A program made the position numbers and the translations under genes. 64,000 nt of DNA, taken from positions 4,898,001-4,962,000 of the forward strand of contig JBHGNT010000017.1 of NCBI GenBank assembly GCA_043228905.1, given 5' to 3'. The DNA is from Azolla caroliniana (lineage: Eukaryota > Plantae > Polypodiophyta). Shown one piece after another: positions 36,859-51,000 of the stretch (the first letter of the stretch is position 1; every line of letters starts with the position of its first letter). The notes beneath the pieces are model-generated. The model did not search any database. It was not told where the DNA came from and worked only from the letters and a program-made list of their open reading frames with translations.

Positions 36859-37345
36859 TTGACCTTGTAATGAGGTTTCCCAATAAAGAAACGTGTTGTT
36901 ACAAATTGTGTATCTACTACTCTGGCGGTCAATATACATATTGATTGTATTGTGATCTATAATCTTTGTTGAACCGGGTTTCTCAAAGGTATTGTGTGAT
37001 AGTTTTACATTTGACCCAGTCTTATTTGACCTTGTAATGAGGTTTCCCAATAAAAAACTTGTCGTTACAAATTTTGTATCTACTACTTTGGCAGTTGACA
37101 TAAATATTGATTGTATCGTGATGTATAATCTTTGTTGAACCGGGTTTCTCAAAGGTATTGTGTGATAGTTTTACATTTGACCTAGTCTTACGCATTTCTC
37201 CATATGAGAATTCCATCTCAAAGGTATTGTGTGATAGTTTTATATTTGACCCAGTCATAGGCATTTCTCCATATGAGAATTCCATCTCAAAGGTATTGTG
37301 TGATAGTTTTATATTTGACCCAATCATAGGCATTTCTCCATATGG
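36859..37345. repeat. Compound tandem repeat: ~167 bp x2 followed by 69 bp x3 that share CTCAAAGGTATTGTGTGATAGTTTTA
   Basis: TTGACCTTGTAATGAGG occurs at 36859 and 37026. CTCAAAGGTATTG occurs at 37148, 37217 and 37286. Confidence 0.9.
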
Positions 37346-39266
37346 GAAGTCCATCATTAACCACAATAATGAAGGTATGGGCATTGCAATGAGAGAAGAG
37401 GTGTTAGGACAAAAGTGATGAGAGTGGTTGGCTAGCCTTAAACAAGTTCGAGGGTTTGAGTACCATACTTTGATACAATGCTCTGCCTTTGATCATATTT
37501 GATGATGCTTTCCATGCATCCTCGACCAAGCCCAATCCTTGCACGAATTTCTCTCACCACCACAATGTGCACTCTCGATTGCAACATTCATAAAGTTCTT
37601 GACACAAAGAGTTCATTTTCCCATGTATCACATAAAATGTAATATTTCTGGTCTCATAGGTCATATTTGACCTCCAAAGACGATAATAGAATCTATGTAT
37701 CATTTTGTCAACCAATGTACCACTAAAACTTACAATCCATAAATAATGTGTTTATGTGTGGGTGAATCCTTACAATATTTGTGTTAAGGGGTGTGTCTAG
37801 AGGAAAGTGTCAAGGTAAAACACAACATCGTGACACCTTAATGTTGAAGAAATAGTGAGAATTTGTGGGTTTCAATGCCCAAACAACTGAATCTAATTTC
37901 TTTTCGTTTTTGTGTTTTAGATGTGATCTAATTTCCTACACAATTCTAACAATGCATAGCGGATTCAAGTTAACTTCATTAAACATTTTCCTTTGGCATC
38001 TTCTTATTGAGAACGTCTCTCCATTTCATAATGATTGCATCTTATTTAGCCTCAAGGCTCATCATACCTTCCCTTTGTAAGTATATCGTTTTTCCTTCAT
38101 ACAATGCATGGCTAGATTCAACATATAATGAATGACTCTTAACGCAATGCGAGTTTCAGAAAAAGCAAGTTCTACACTTACCTTTTCGAAGACAAAACAA
38201 TGTTCGGAAAAGTAATTGCTTACACTTCTGAGATAAAACTAAACCACTGTTTGTTTTGTTCTGAAGATTAACTGCTTATATTTCACCAAAGCTCAGAAGA
38301 CGTTTGATTTTTGCTACTTTTTTATAGGAACCTTGTTTGTATAAATAAATTGTGAAGCAATGACAGAGAAACATTCCTGAGCAGAGTATATAACCCTATT
38401 TGAAGGGCACTGAAACCTTACACAATCAGCTTGCAAAAAACTTAATTTAGCACAATTACAACCACAGTAATTGGCATCACCACCACCGGTATCTTGGGAG
38501 GTAATGATAATGATGTCCACGGACTACTGATCTAGATTCTAAACACTACACCCTGCTGATGCACAATGATCAAAGGGTTTACACAAACGATTTGTTCACC
38601 GACTTAAATTTATTCAGTGCACAAAACTCTTTAACACTGATCTGTAGGAGACGCATCATGAATTAAGAAAATCAGAAAATCTAAAATCATGAATTAAAGA
38701 GTATTTTACTGCTCAATCAGAAAATCTAAAATCTAAACCCCAACGATGCACAAGATTCAGGTTCACATGAACAATTACTAATCATCAATTCTTTAAAAAA
38801 TTTGATATACTAAACACTAACTATAATTTCCATATCTTTCTCATTCACAGGACTTACTTATCTCAAGTTTAATTCACACTTGCAATTAGTTCAATGATAC
38901 ATTCACTGTGCTTATCACAACTTAATAGGAAAACTGCAGATAAAAGTTTAGTAATATCATTGGCATAGATTCATATTTGATGCTTGAACTACGTTATAAT
39001 AGTTTACTGGTAGAAAGTTTACGATCTAAAAAGCGAGATTAGAACCTAGAATCTTGAGTATTTAGCAGCAGTTTTTTAAAACAAAATAGATTACAACCAA
39101 AAGGAATCAAATGAATCCAGCCTGGTCTGCATTCAGCATATTTATCTTTTATGACAGGTTCAGTTCCAGAGTGAAACAATTGTGTCTTTTAAACAGAGAT
39201 CCAAAGCCATTCAACCCAAAAAACAAACAATTACACAGAAACACGAAGTGTCGCCCTCTTTGACCG

Positions 39267-40501
39267 TTAAAAGATAGCATCAAGCAAACAGCAGCAACAC
39301 AAAGCTGCAAGACTGCCACAAAACACAAAGTAACAAACATATCAGAAAACAATATCTCATAATTGCAACCCATAAAGCAGCAAACATATGGAGACAATGG
39401 GGTACCATAGGTCAGATAAAGACGTAGAACTTACCATCCTTCAAGAAGACCAGTATCACGTTGTGGATTTTGTTGTGGAGGATAAGCTTGAGGAGGATAT
39501 CCTTGTGGAGGATAACCTTGTGGAGGATAGCCTTGTGGAGGATAGCCTTGTGGAGGATATCCCTGTGGTGGATAACCTTGTGGAGGATATCCCTGTGGCG
39601 GGTAGCCTGAAAATTAAAGATATACGAATCAACAATCTAATATAATCTTTTTGAGGAAAAAGCAAAAACTAGGATCAAGCAAAGATGATGATTACAATCA
39701 TCTTATTCATGCCAGATATTTCATGTTGAAAGTCAGACTTATATCACAGAAACGTAGAGAATCTATAAGCATCATCAAATTCTGCAGAAATGTTGCACAT
39801 GAGGGGCGTTTATGAGAGGTAAGGGAAAGTTTTTCAAAACGATTCTTCGCAAACTAAAATACTGAAGTTATTATATCAGACCTATGATTTGCCCCAATCT
39901 AATGTGCGCTTACATCAGATGAGGTCAAATAAACTCTGGAAATCAAGTATTAAGGACCACGCATAAAACGAAAGCCCACTCCATTGATAAGAAATATGTA
40001 ATGAGACGCATTCTCTCTCTACTGTAATCGATTAACATTATTGGTGTAAGCTATCAAACCTAGAAACAGTTGACGCAGTCATTAACTATTGCCCAATTAA
40101 CATCTCTACATTTCTTTTATCGTATTAGTGGTACGCTATTCATGCTATCAATTGAAGGTCGTGGTTGAATTCTGACTTTAAACCAACGATACTGAAACTA
40201 CTTCCACTCAAGAACACGATTAACAAATTTGAACACACTTTCACCGGATGTGGAAATATGAAGCACTCCAGAGTGTTCATTCCTCTCTCTCTCTCTCTCT
40301 CTCATCAAACAAAGAAATTTATTATCATTCCTGGATCAAGCAGTTAGCAAGAAAGGTGTTCACTATTATCTCTCCCTCGAGAACAAACAGGAAAATTTAT
40401 ATTATTCTTGGGCTAGATTAGATGTAAGAAAGATGTTCATTCCTCCCTTTTCTCTCTCTCAACATTCATGATCATTTCTGGAATCGATGTAAGACAGATG
40501 T

Positions 40502-40543
<42 letters not shown>

Positions 40544-40947
40544 GAAAATAAGAAATTTAGACGGATATATATAGTTGGAGCATTATGCGTCGGAAACATA
40601 GAAGTATACAGAAACATTATGTCCATGAAAAAGTATATTATGGATGTTCTCGAATGCAGAGAGAACATCTCTCTCTCTTTCTCTCTCGGATAACTAGAAA
40701 TAATAATGATCCAGATGCAAAATGTTTGTGAGAATTTCAGTCTCTTTCACACAGATCTGCATCGGTTCCAACATTCTAATTTCGAACTCGAAGATACACG
40801 AGCGCGGAGGACAAAACAACCATTCCATCGAAAGAAGGATTTAAATTTTTTTTTTTAAAAAGGCTTGGAAGGGAATGTAGACGTTTCCTGTGACATACCT
40901 TGAACAGGAGGAGCCATGACTGGAGGCTTATCTTGGTAGTAAGCCAT
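39267..40947 (-). CDS. CYSTM (cysteine-rich transmembrane module) / WIH-like small protein with GYPPQ repeats, 88 aa
   Basis: Exons 40899-40947, 39435-39606 and 39267-39312 give MAYYQDKPPVMAPPVQ-(GYPPQ)x8-AYPPQQNPQRDTGLLEGCLAALCCCCLLDAIF*. The GT-AG sites are canonical. The ORF track misses this gene. Confidence 0.93.
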
Positions 40948-41149
40948 ATACACACGCTAGCAGCAGCAGACAGACAGACAGACAGAGATTAGATGAGGAA
41001 CAGTGGCGGAGGAAATGGCGAAGGAAGGAAGGAAGGAAGAATGAAATGGCGGAAGGGAAGGGAAGGGGGAGGGAGTAAAAGGGTGCAGAAATGTGGGTTT
41101 CAACGGTTCAACGCCATAGCCGCGCACCATCCCCATCCCCACCCCCGCA

Positions 41150-41314
41150 GACCGTATGCGTATGTGTATACGTATACATATACGTATACGTATGTGTATA
41201 GGTATGCGTATGTGTATGTGTAATGTGTATGTGTATGTGTATGTTAGAATTTATATGTGTATGTGTAATGTGTATGTTAGAATTTGTATGTGTATGTGTA
41301 TGTTAGAATTTGTA

Positions 41315-41345
<31 letters not shown>

Positions 41346-41640
41346 TTGTATGTTAGAATTTGTATGTGTATGTGTATTTGTATTTGTATGTTAGAATTTG
41401 TATGTGTATGTGTATGTGTATGTGTAATGTGTAATGTGTAATGTGTAATGTGTAATGTGTATGTTTGTATGTGTATGTGTATGTGTATGTGTGTGTGTAA
41501 TGTGTAATGTGTATGTTTGTATGAGTATGTTTATGTTAGAATTTGAATGTATGTGTATGTGTAAGAAAGAGTCTTCGGATGCATGGCCCCACTCACATTT
41601 GGGAATGAGAGCGGGACTTGTCGTGACATTGAAGCGTTTT

Positions 41641-41710
<70 letters not shown>
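41150..41710. repeat. Compound microsatellite (TGTATG)n/(TGTAA)n with interspersed TTAGAATTTG, followed by long (GA)n
   Basis: Directly visible. GTTAGAATTT recurs six times between about 41243 and 41545, and (GA)n spans about 41647-41710. Confidence 0.9.
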
Positions 41711-41714
<4 letters not shown>

Positions 41715-43098
41715 TATCGTCTTCGCAAGTCAAATATGACCTATGAGACCAGAAATATGACATTTTCACGTAATACATGTGAAAGAGACACAAAGAGAGG
41801 AGAGGGGTGCGTCTTGACTTTGTTTGCCTTTTGGAGTCATAATTGTGATGGATGTGTCGCTTTATCCCACCACTATTTGGAGAGGGAGAGATATACATGA
41901 GAAAGACTTTAGCAACCAATCGGCCCATAGTTGTGTTTAATTTTAGTACCACAATTGTGAAATGGCTCGGTCATTTTGACTCAATACAACACCACAATGT
42001 GGGATGCTAGTTTTGGGGAGAAGTGGTTATATTGTGATAAATATGTGTGAATGAATGTAAGGATGTGAATCTATGGCCTTGAGTTTATTTGCCAAAACAT
42101 AACAGCTTACCATTATAGTAGGTTTATTACATAAATAATTTGGTGACCTTTCAATATCATCATTCATTATATATGAACTACCTGCCACATATGATCTCAT
42201 GTTGACTCTCGAGTTATTATACATTTTTGTGGGAGTAACATAATTCGGTTCATTTTGAAATGGGTATGTTGGGCCCCTTGATATTGATGAATATTAGCTT
42301 TTTGGAAAGTTCTACATGTTTCGACTCATGAATATTTTGTTCATACCAGCAACAATTCAATTTCATTGTAGGCCTTTAACTCGTATTCTAACCAGACTTT
42401 GCACATAATCCATATTTCATCTGCGATTTAAAAAAAAAAAAACAAATACAAGTCATCAACATTCCTGGCGAAAAAATTGTCCAGAAATGATTGCATAGTT
42501 GTTTAGAGTTTTTTCACTAGTTTGGCCAATCGCATATTTGCTTGTTAGTTTTATAACCCTAAACAAGAGAAGGTCAATACCTCATAACTTAGAAGAAGTG
42601 ATTAGTTGGCAAAATACTTTCCATTAACTATGTGAGATGAAGTGATATGATTATTTTAGAGTTTGGTATGTCAAACAACCATTAAGAAACTTGTGCAATC
42701 GAATATATAGGAAGGATCCTTCTATAATGCTAGGAAGAGGAATGTCAACGTTTATAATATGCAACTCACAATGGATGTGAAAGTCAATTGGACTTGAGTT
42801 TTGGCATCTAAAGATGACATCATTAGATTGGACATTTTTAGGAGGAAGTTGTCTAGCCTAATATTGAGCCTCAAATGAAGCACTAAGAACTTGCCTTGAA
42901 GACTTTGTAATGTATGTGGTATGTTGTTATAGGCACAAGCTCACATACCAATTATATAGCTAATTTTCAAGAGTTAAGGGTTGGATACTTGGGAAACTAG
43001 TTATCCTAGGGACTCGACAAATCCACAAAGGACCTATGCCACAAGAACTCATGGTGTTTCAGTATCCTTCGGTGCCGCGTGATATAAAGGAGACTAGC

Positions 43099-43557
43099 TA
43101 ACAATCGGCAACGGTTCGGTTTGAACCGAACCGAACCGTGAAACTGCGGTTTAACGGCTTAACGGTTTCAACGGTTTGGTTTGGTTTGGGTTTGGTTTCA
43201 ACAGTAAAAAACCGTGGTTTAAACAGTTTATTTTATTTCATTTTTTTTAAAATTTAAAAATTCTAAAAAAAAAATTTAAAATTTAAAATTTTGATTTTTA
43301 ACAATCTTTTCATTTTTACACCTTATTATCACATTTTAGGAACATCTTAAAAAATTTTAAAATTATAAAAAATTATAAATTATAAATTTGACCTATGTTG
43401 AAAACCGAAACCGAACCACGAAACCGCAATTTTTACAGTTTGACGGTTTAACGGTTTGAAAAATGTTTAACAGTTTCGCGGTTTGGTTCAGGTTTTTTAA
43501 TTTTAAACGGTTCGATTTGGACCCTCTCAAACCGAACCGAACCGTTGCCGATTGTTA
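43099..43557. mobile_element. hAT-type MITE, copy 3 (459 bp)
   Basis: Perfect TIR TAACAATCGGCAACGGTTCGGTT. Perfect 8-bp TSD AGACTAGC at 43091-43098 and 43558-43565. The interior is homologous to copy 2. Confidence 0.95.
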
Positions 43558-46405
43558 AGACTAGCCTCCCCTTCATTACAACAGCTTGAGATGCAATCAA
43601 TGGATGCTCTATTAGTGAGGTGGGGCTCTATTATTAAGATTTATTATTCAATTAGCAAGGGATAACATAAGGTAATATTTGGTGGTATCGGACAAAGATG
43701 GAGTTTTATGCTTGTCTCATGTCCTCCACTTGAGGGTGACTGGGTAGCTACACAATTGCTCTATAAGATATGCCTATAACAATAATCATGCGAGGTTTTG
43801 GGCACATACATAAGGTTCACTCACCTACGCAACATGTAAAAAAGGGTCCATCTCATTGGGTTACATTGATAAATGGTTTAATATTGGCTAATACATGTGC
43901 ACAATGATACCTCAACATAATATTTTCCTCGAAGAAGCCCAACCAATATTGATATTGAATCATGCAAATATAGTTTTGTCGCCTTTTTATCAAAGAAAAA
44001 CCATTTGAAACCTTTGTAGGAAAAAGTTGAGCATTTTGAATAAGACATATTCCATCATAATAAATTTGAGGCATCACACGACATCTTTGTTTGGCTTTAT
44101 TTCAATAGCCAATCATTTTCAAATGTTTATACTCATTCAATTGATCGCAAGCAAATACATGGAAACTTAACACGACGGACTCTTCGTTTCCTAGTCACAA
44201 CCTAATTACAATTGGACATCACACATAGAAAGTTCTTCATTTTACAAAACCCCAATGATTGTTGTGATGTTGGTTTTAAAATTTTCCTTGTGATAACTAC
44301 ATATGAGCCAATGCATTTAAATGCATAGATAAAATATTGTTTTCAATGTAATGAGATTATGATAAAGTAAATATTTAAATGTGAGCTTATAATGGTTTTA
44401 ACAACATGTTTATTGTGCTTCAGATTAAGGGAAAGGTTCTCGTGCAATAGTTTCATTGATCCAATAGGAAGAAATTAAAACAACAAATTAGTGTAAATTA
44501 AGTTGATATTGGAATTTCAACAAGAACTAGTTGTGGGCCTTTTTGGGAAGCATTTTAATACGCAAAAATATGGGTGGTGTGTCGATTGTAGATAGGGAGA
44601 CGGATGAACATATGATACATAATGTTATTATTCAACGGTGTGTTAGTTGTTTGGGTAGGTGTAATGCTAGGTAACTAAATCAATGTAAGGTCAAGCTTGG
44701 CCCATTGACAAGTTGTCCTTCATCCACCCCCTCCTACCCTAGGCAACAAACTTCAGATATTATATATAGTAGAGAGGAAAAGAAAAGGAATGACACTCTT
44801 GAAAGATGTATTATATTTGCACACACAAACACACGTTCTCCCTCCCTCTCTCATGTACGTGCGCATTATTGATAGCTTAAAACAAGTTGTATTTGTAATT
44901 GCATATAGAGCCAAAGCTAAGGAGAACAAAGTCCACTTTCCGCCCAACTCTAATATGAGTTTAGGCTATATCGAGATAGTGTCGATACCTTGTAAATGGA
45001 TTAAAAATATAAGCCATTAAAAGTACGATATGAAAACAATTACATGTAGTAAGAAAGAAGTAGATACTTAAGACTCCTACTTATGGATTTTGGTTATTAA
45101 TATACACTTGAATAATAATAATTAGACTATGAGAATCTTTCAAAATACCCCGAGTTTTTCTTTATTTCCCTAAATATATCTAAAAAATTTCTTGTCTCCC
45201 CGACTACCATTGCTGACCCCTCCCCCAATTAGTTATGGCCCATGGGGTTCTTGGTGGAGAGGTACCCTCCTTCAACATTCATGCTTCGACTTCTGAGATG
45301 TATCTTGTCTATCTAGGTTTTCAAATAACACCCAAAGTCCTTATCTATTTAGGTTTTCAAATAGATAATGTCATGATGCTACCACTCTTACTCTAGATAA
45401 TTGGTTACACGACAAGGCTCATTAGAATGCATACATGATTGGGAAAACAACAATAACTACAAGTAGTCTACAACTATGGTTTAATCGTGTTTTCTTGAAG
45501 GGGCCAACACGACTCATACCTTGGAGTGCTACACTTCCAACGGTCACTACCAAGTCTTAAGGGGTTTCCTTCATCTTGGTGAACTAGTTGAGAATTAGGA
45601 GATGTCACTCCTAATTGACAACCACCAACCATGTCATGCATCAACACATAAAAACACTTGTCTCTCCACTCTATGCAACCACAAAAGCATCAAAAGGCTT
45701 CTTAAATCCATATAAAATTACACTGAATCACTATAATTATGAATATGATTGTCTTACTTAATTAGGTAGTTACTACATAACATACAAAGTGACCCAATTA
45801 AGTTGATAATTACTAAGTAAAAAACATGTATATTTCAATCAAGTAGTGTCAATGGTCACATCCTCACCATTTAGACCACCTTCATTAGAGCAACTCAATG
45901 ATGAAAAAGGTATCTTCCCCCTCATTATCCCGATTCCCTACCCCACTTGAGCCAACCAATACCAATAATGTAGACGAAGTGCATCGTTGACCTTGAAGTT
46001 TACATAACAAGAGCACAAGGTCGTTGCAATCAATATTGCATCATAGGGCTTAAAGAACAACAATGCATACAAATGCTTTTGCACACAAACCACGTATGGA
46101 TGAATTAGTGTAATCTCCATTGTACATATCAATGCCTCGATCGATATACATTATATTTCTTACAAGGATATGCAAGTAGGTACGCGAAGAGGTTGATGCA
46201 TTCGTAGGTTCAAAACTTTAGTGTATCTCGTTCGTTGGTAATCGACCCCCTCCCCCCAATTATTACTTTTTTTGGGTTTTGTGTGCTTTCAATCCTTATG
46301 CTATGTTATGTTGACTTTAGTTTTCAGCCTTTGATGGTGCGAAATCGTGTGTATTCATTTTGAAGCCACGATCTAAGTATGTATGTATCTATGAACGTAA
46401 TATTT

Positions 46406-46484
<79 letters not shown>

Positions 46485-46659
46485 TGGGAGAGATCATTGG
46501 TGATGATGCTATCACATTAGCTCCGAAGCAAATCAACAGTGCCACATGACATAATTAGAGTAGAGTTCACTTTACCCCCCATGCTAGTAGAAGCACTTTT
46601 TCAACTAGTAGTTTTTATTAATATGATATATAGCCAATCACAATATAGGATATCTTGTC

Positions 46660-47330
46660 AAGCTATTGAGGCATCTTGATCACTCTATGAGTTCGACGAT
46701 ACTAGCTCTTGGTATAACACTATGATAAGTTAGCTTTTTGCAAACGACCTATATATCAATAACCTACCTCCTCTTATGTACAACCACGAGACCGATAAAA
46801 CCTTAACCTCTTATGAGAAACGTAATAAAGTAATACGCCAAGAAATATGAGAAATTTACACTCGACATAAATGGATCGACACACTAGAGCCAGTCCCATC
46901 TAAAATGTTGTACTATAAGCAACACTTCATGCACCTCCCTAAGCTAGGTTTTATTATACGACTAAAATATCTAAATACGTTTTTACCAAATGCTCTAAGG
47001 ATTGCCATTGGACAATGCAAAGTATCATCTCACCAACTTGAGATGGAGAATGGTCGTGCTAATGGAGTTTCTAGAGAGGAAAGGATATGTAGATTATGTC
47101 ACATAGAGATAGAGGATGAGTATCATTTTACATGCAAGTGTCCAACTTACATTGAGATAAGGGCAAATTACCAATACATACTAGGACCCTCCCACCCTCT
47201 CCAAACAATTAGATACCCCATATATAAAGACAATAGGTAGGTACATCTTAGACCCAAAACAACATAGAGAGAATAAGCTACAAAATGTTAACCATAACCT
47301 TTATAATATTCATCAACATGTGACCAATGA
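46660..47330 (+). mobile_element. 3' fragment of a non-LTR retrotransposon ORF2 (C-terminal CCHC zinc knuckle)
   Basis: ORF 46905-47240 reads SSHQLEMENGRANGVSREERICRLCHIEIEDEYHFTCKCPTYIEIR, the typical C-x2-C...EDE-x-H...CP-x-Y motif of LINE ORF2 ends. Confidence 0.8.
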
Positions 47331-48009
47331 AAAATTTCAGGAACAGGAGGGGACATGAACGTGGACACACCTACACCACTTGGTCTCTTCCACGCTGAAG
47401 CAGAAAACCAAAGAACGATCAAACACCCTGGGATATCTGGCGGGCCCCAAAGTTGCTCGTTGTGCAGAAGCAATTAAGACGATAAGGGAACGTGAGTTAC
47501 ACCACCCAAAAAAACTTATGGTCAAGATACGTTTTACATCAGGACCACGGGCCAGGGCCGGCATCGAAAACCCATTTGATCTCCTGCTTCTTTTCGACAG
47601 GCTCGGATGGAAATGAAACTAAAAGGTATAGAAATACATTACACCATAAAGAGATCTTTTGTACAACGGTACAAGTCTTTTATTATCTATGTTTATTTTC
47701 GATGATTAGATACACATCCCGGAAGACTTTAATACATCTTTTATGTTCTTTCTCTCTTTCTTTCTCTAATTGTTGACTAAAAATGATTAAGGAATGACAT
47801 AAAATGAAATTAACCAAAACTGTGGTGGTAATTACAGTCAGTAAGTAATTAATTCATCATCGTTTCCACTAACCAGAGTTAAAACCTCCTAACCCTAGCT
47901 CCACTTCTCTCTGCGATCTGGCTATGGCGACTTCATAAAGACAGACAGTACGACCATCATTCTCTCTCTCTCTCTCTCTCTGAAAGAAGACCATTGGGAG
48001 CGCATATAA

Positions 48010-51000
48010 ATGGCAGACTCTGAACTGCCACCCGTCGACCTCGTGAAACTTCTGCTCGAGATTCTCGACCACGCCGTCTATGGAAACGGCGTTGGAAATC
48101 AGCCACGTGGTCCTCTCTCGTTCATCCATCGGGCCAAAGAATCTCTGAGAACGAAATCTCCACAAATCAAAGAGAGCCTGAGGTTCAATTCTTCCCGGAT
48201 CGCTCAGTGGGCGCAGGAAGGAGGACCGTGGAGATCTCTTTTTGTCTATGTTGTGAGTGCTCCTTCTCTTCTTCTTCTTCTTTTACCTCATGATTTGAGG
48301 CTATATATATATATATATATGTTTTGTGGATATGTCGCGGTCATTTAGATCCTCTGTCCGTATTGATACGGTATAAAAGAATGGACGAATGCATGCTTCT
48401 TATATGCGAGGAAAGAGGGGGTAATAGTATGAAAGAGGAAAGAGGAAAGAGGGGGTAATAGTATGAATTTTATGTGGTATCAATTATGGTATATATATAT
48501 ATGATAACGAATGGATGGACGTGTCTTAACAGGAATGAACGCAAATAAGAAATGAGTAAATGTATGCCCCTGCCTACCGATTTGGCAGTTTGGGATGCAT
48601 TTTGTGGAAATTTGGCTTCTTTGGGTATATTATTTGGATTGATATGATGTACAGGATGAATGAAGGCATGGTTTGGATGTGTTTGTGTATACATGGTGAT
48701 TATAAGGAATGGATGTATATCTTGCATACAATGATAGGGCATGTATTTTGGCCCAAGGCATGCTTCTTATTTGTATGTTGTGTGTGTACATTGAGGTGGG
48801 TATTTAAAATAAATCAGAAGGCATCATGATCCATGGCATGATTCAATGAGACATAAAGAAGAAACATCGAAAATGATGTGTTTTGAGTCCAGATTGTGAT
48901 ATTAAGAAATAGATTAAGGTATCATTCTTAAATGTGCCTGTCATTTATTATGTAAAGACATGGAAATGGAGGTAGTTATTTAAACGTAAGAAGAGATAAT
49001 CTATTTCCAAGGTGTGATTTAATAGACAGATAAGAGAAAACACATAATATTGAAGACCAAGTAGGATAATGAGTGTACAGCTTCTGGGATATTGCAGATA
49101 GACAAGAAGAAGGTCATGCTGTGCTTTTTATCTAGGCAAATAAAATCCATATTGTGCTTCAAGAGGTTGTAATATGTAAAACATCTAATTATTGATCCAA
49201 GAACTACTACTTTCAGCAGTTTCATTCTATCATATTCAATTTTTTAGATAAAAGAAATCACCAAGTTATCATGTTTTGGTATCTTATTTTGACTTTACTG
49301 GAACAAGCAATATTCAGATGATTTGCATGTTTGTTAGTTTAATGGGGTTGTTTATTGAATATATATTCTTACATTATTGCGTGTATATATATGCATAATT
49401 AGGGGTGTGCATATTTTTGTTTGTACATTATTTTGTGTGTGTGTGCACGCTTTTATACTCTGAATATGTTTTTTAAAAGAAATTTCTGTTATTTATTGCA
49501 CCGCTCTTGATGGTTGTCTTCTCATCATGATTCCGAAGACTAAAGAGTGACAGCAATAGTCTATATGGATGTTGATATACCCATTTGGCATTGGTTATTT
49601 GTTGGCAATATTCAGATGAAGTTATTATTGTGCGTGTGTGCATACTTTTACACTCTGAATATGTTTTTTAAAAGAACTTTCTGCATACCCCTTTGGCATT
49701 AGTTATATGAGTAGGGATGCCATAGTATCTATTCAACACATACACGGTGCTCTGGCAAAACAGTGCTAATTGAAATAATGTAGATTCACACTTAAATTTC
49801 TCTAGTGTGGTTACACAACCTATTCTTGTCTTAAAATGGTAATTTTTATTTCTGCTAGATCATTGTCTGTGTAAGCAGCTTGATTTCCTCATTAAGGTTC
49901 TCTTTTGAGACAACATGGGTTGTTAGCTATTAGGACTTCATAGCTACACTGATAGGGGGTTGTGCATACTCCAGATTTTTCTTTTACCTCCTTACCTACT
50001 TTCGTTCTCGTTTGTGCTTTCTTTAATGCTCACTTTTTTGTTTCAGTTTATATCATAACAAGTGATAGCTTCTGCCACCTATTTATTATATTCCCTTATT
50101 CCCTTATTTCATTTTTCATTGTTTTTATTTATTTATTTGTTATCTTTCTTCCCTATCAGAGATTGCTTACATTGTTTTTTGTCCGTCTGTGGATCCTGGT
50201 CTTCCTGTGGTTTCATGAAATATCCCCTGTGAGTGAAGGGATTTTGGTGTTGTGGTGAATAAAGTAGAGGTTGTAGTGAAAGATTGTGGTCACTGACATT
50301 ATTAGCTGTGTACTATTGTTGTTGATATCATAATGCAACAAGAACCTACTTTAAAGAGCTTGTTGACCATGGCATACAAGGACTATGTTTGAAATTGCCA
50401 CTAATCCCTAACCTACACTCAACTGGATAAATTTGAAGATTTATAATGATAGATCGGAAATTGTTAGGAGGCAGGTTGCAAAAAGGTGGCAAATGTATTT
50501 GCAGTTGCTTGGGAGAAATTGCAGATGAATTGTGGTCGTTTAATTTTTAATATAGTGTAGTAATTACAGATAAGAGTTTTGTACATGATTATTTAATGAT
50601 GTGTGTCCACTTAAAAGGCAGTACAGTAGAATCTATTTTGAAAATTTCCTTGACTATATTTAGTGTGATATTATAAGCATATAAGAATGTGCTGCTACTG
50701 GAGTTTAGAGTGTTTTCCAAGCTAGTTTACACCAAATTAGGAAACATCTATCAGTGACCATTGTTACGTTCTGGATGGGGTCTCAGATGATAGATATTGT
50801 CTTCTGTTAAGAGAATGGGCATATTAATAAGCAATAAAATACTCCTTTTGAGGTTACCAGATGATGAAGACTTAATGTTGGTTAAATTATGTGATATTGC
50901 TAAACAAATTATTTAAAGTATGGTCACTGTTCTGAATTTTGATGAGTGCTATTGTAGGTTGGAATAGTGTTGCTGTTGGGTCTTGCTGGATTTGCTGTTT

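Noticed and set aside
36856-37418. ORFs with 23-aa repeats, or a CRISPR-like look
   Set aside because: These are contiguous tandem duplications without unique spacers, in a eukaryotic context with no cas genes.
39388-39665. ORFs with VEDSL or RLSST repeats
   Set aside because: They are antisense or alternative frames of the CYSTM GYPPQ exon.
47330-47615. Identification as telomerase RNA, SRP RNA, RNase MRP or a U snRNA
   Set aside because: I saw no CTAAACCCT-type template, no recognisable conserved boxes and no clear USE (TCCCACATCG) promoter. It is kept only as an unexplained island.
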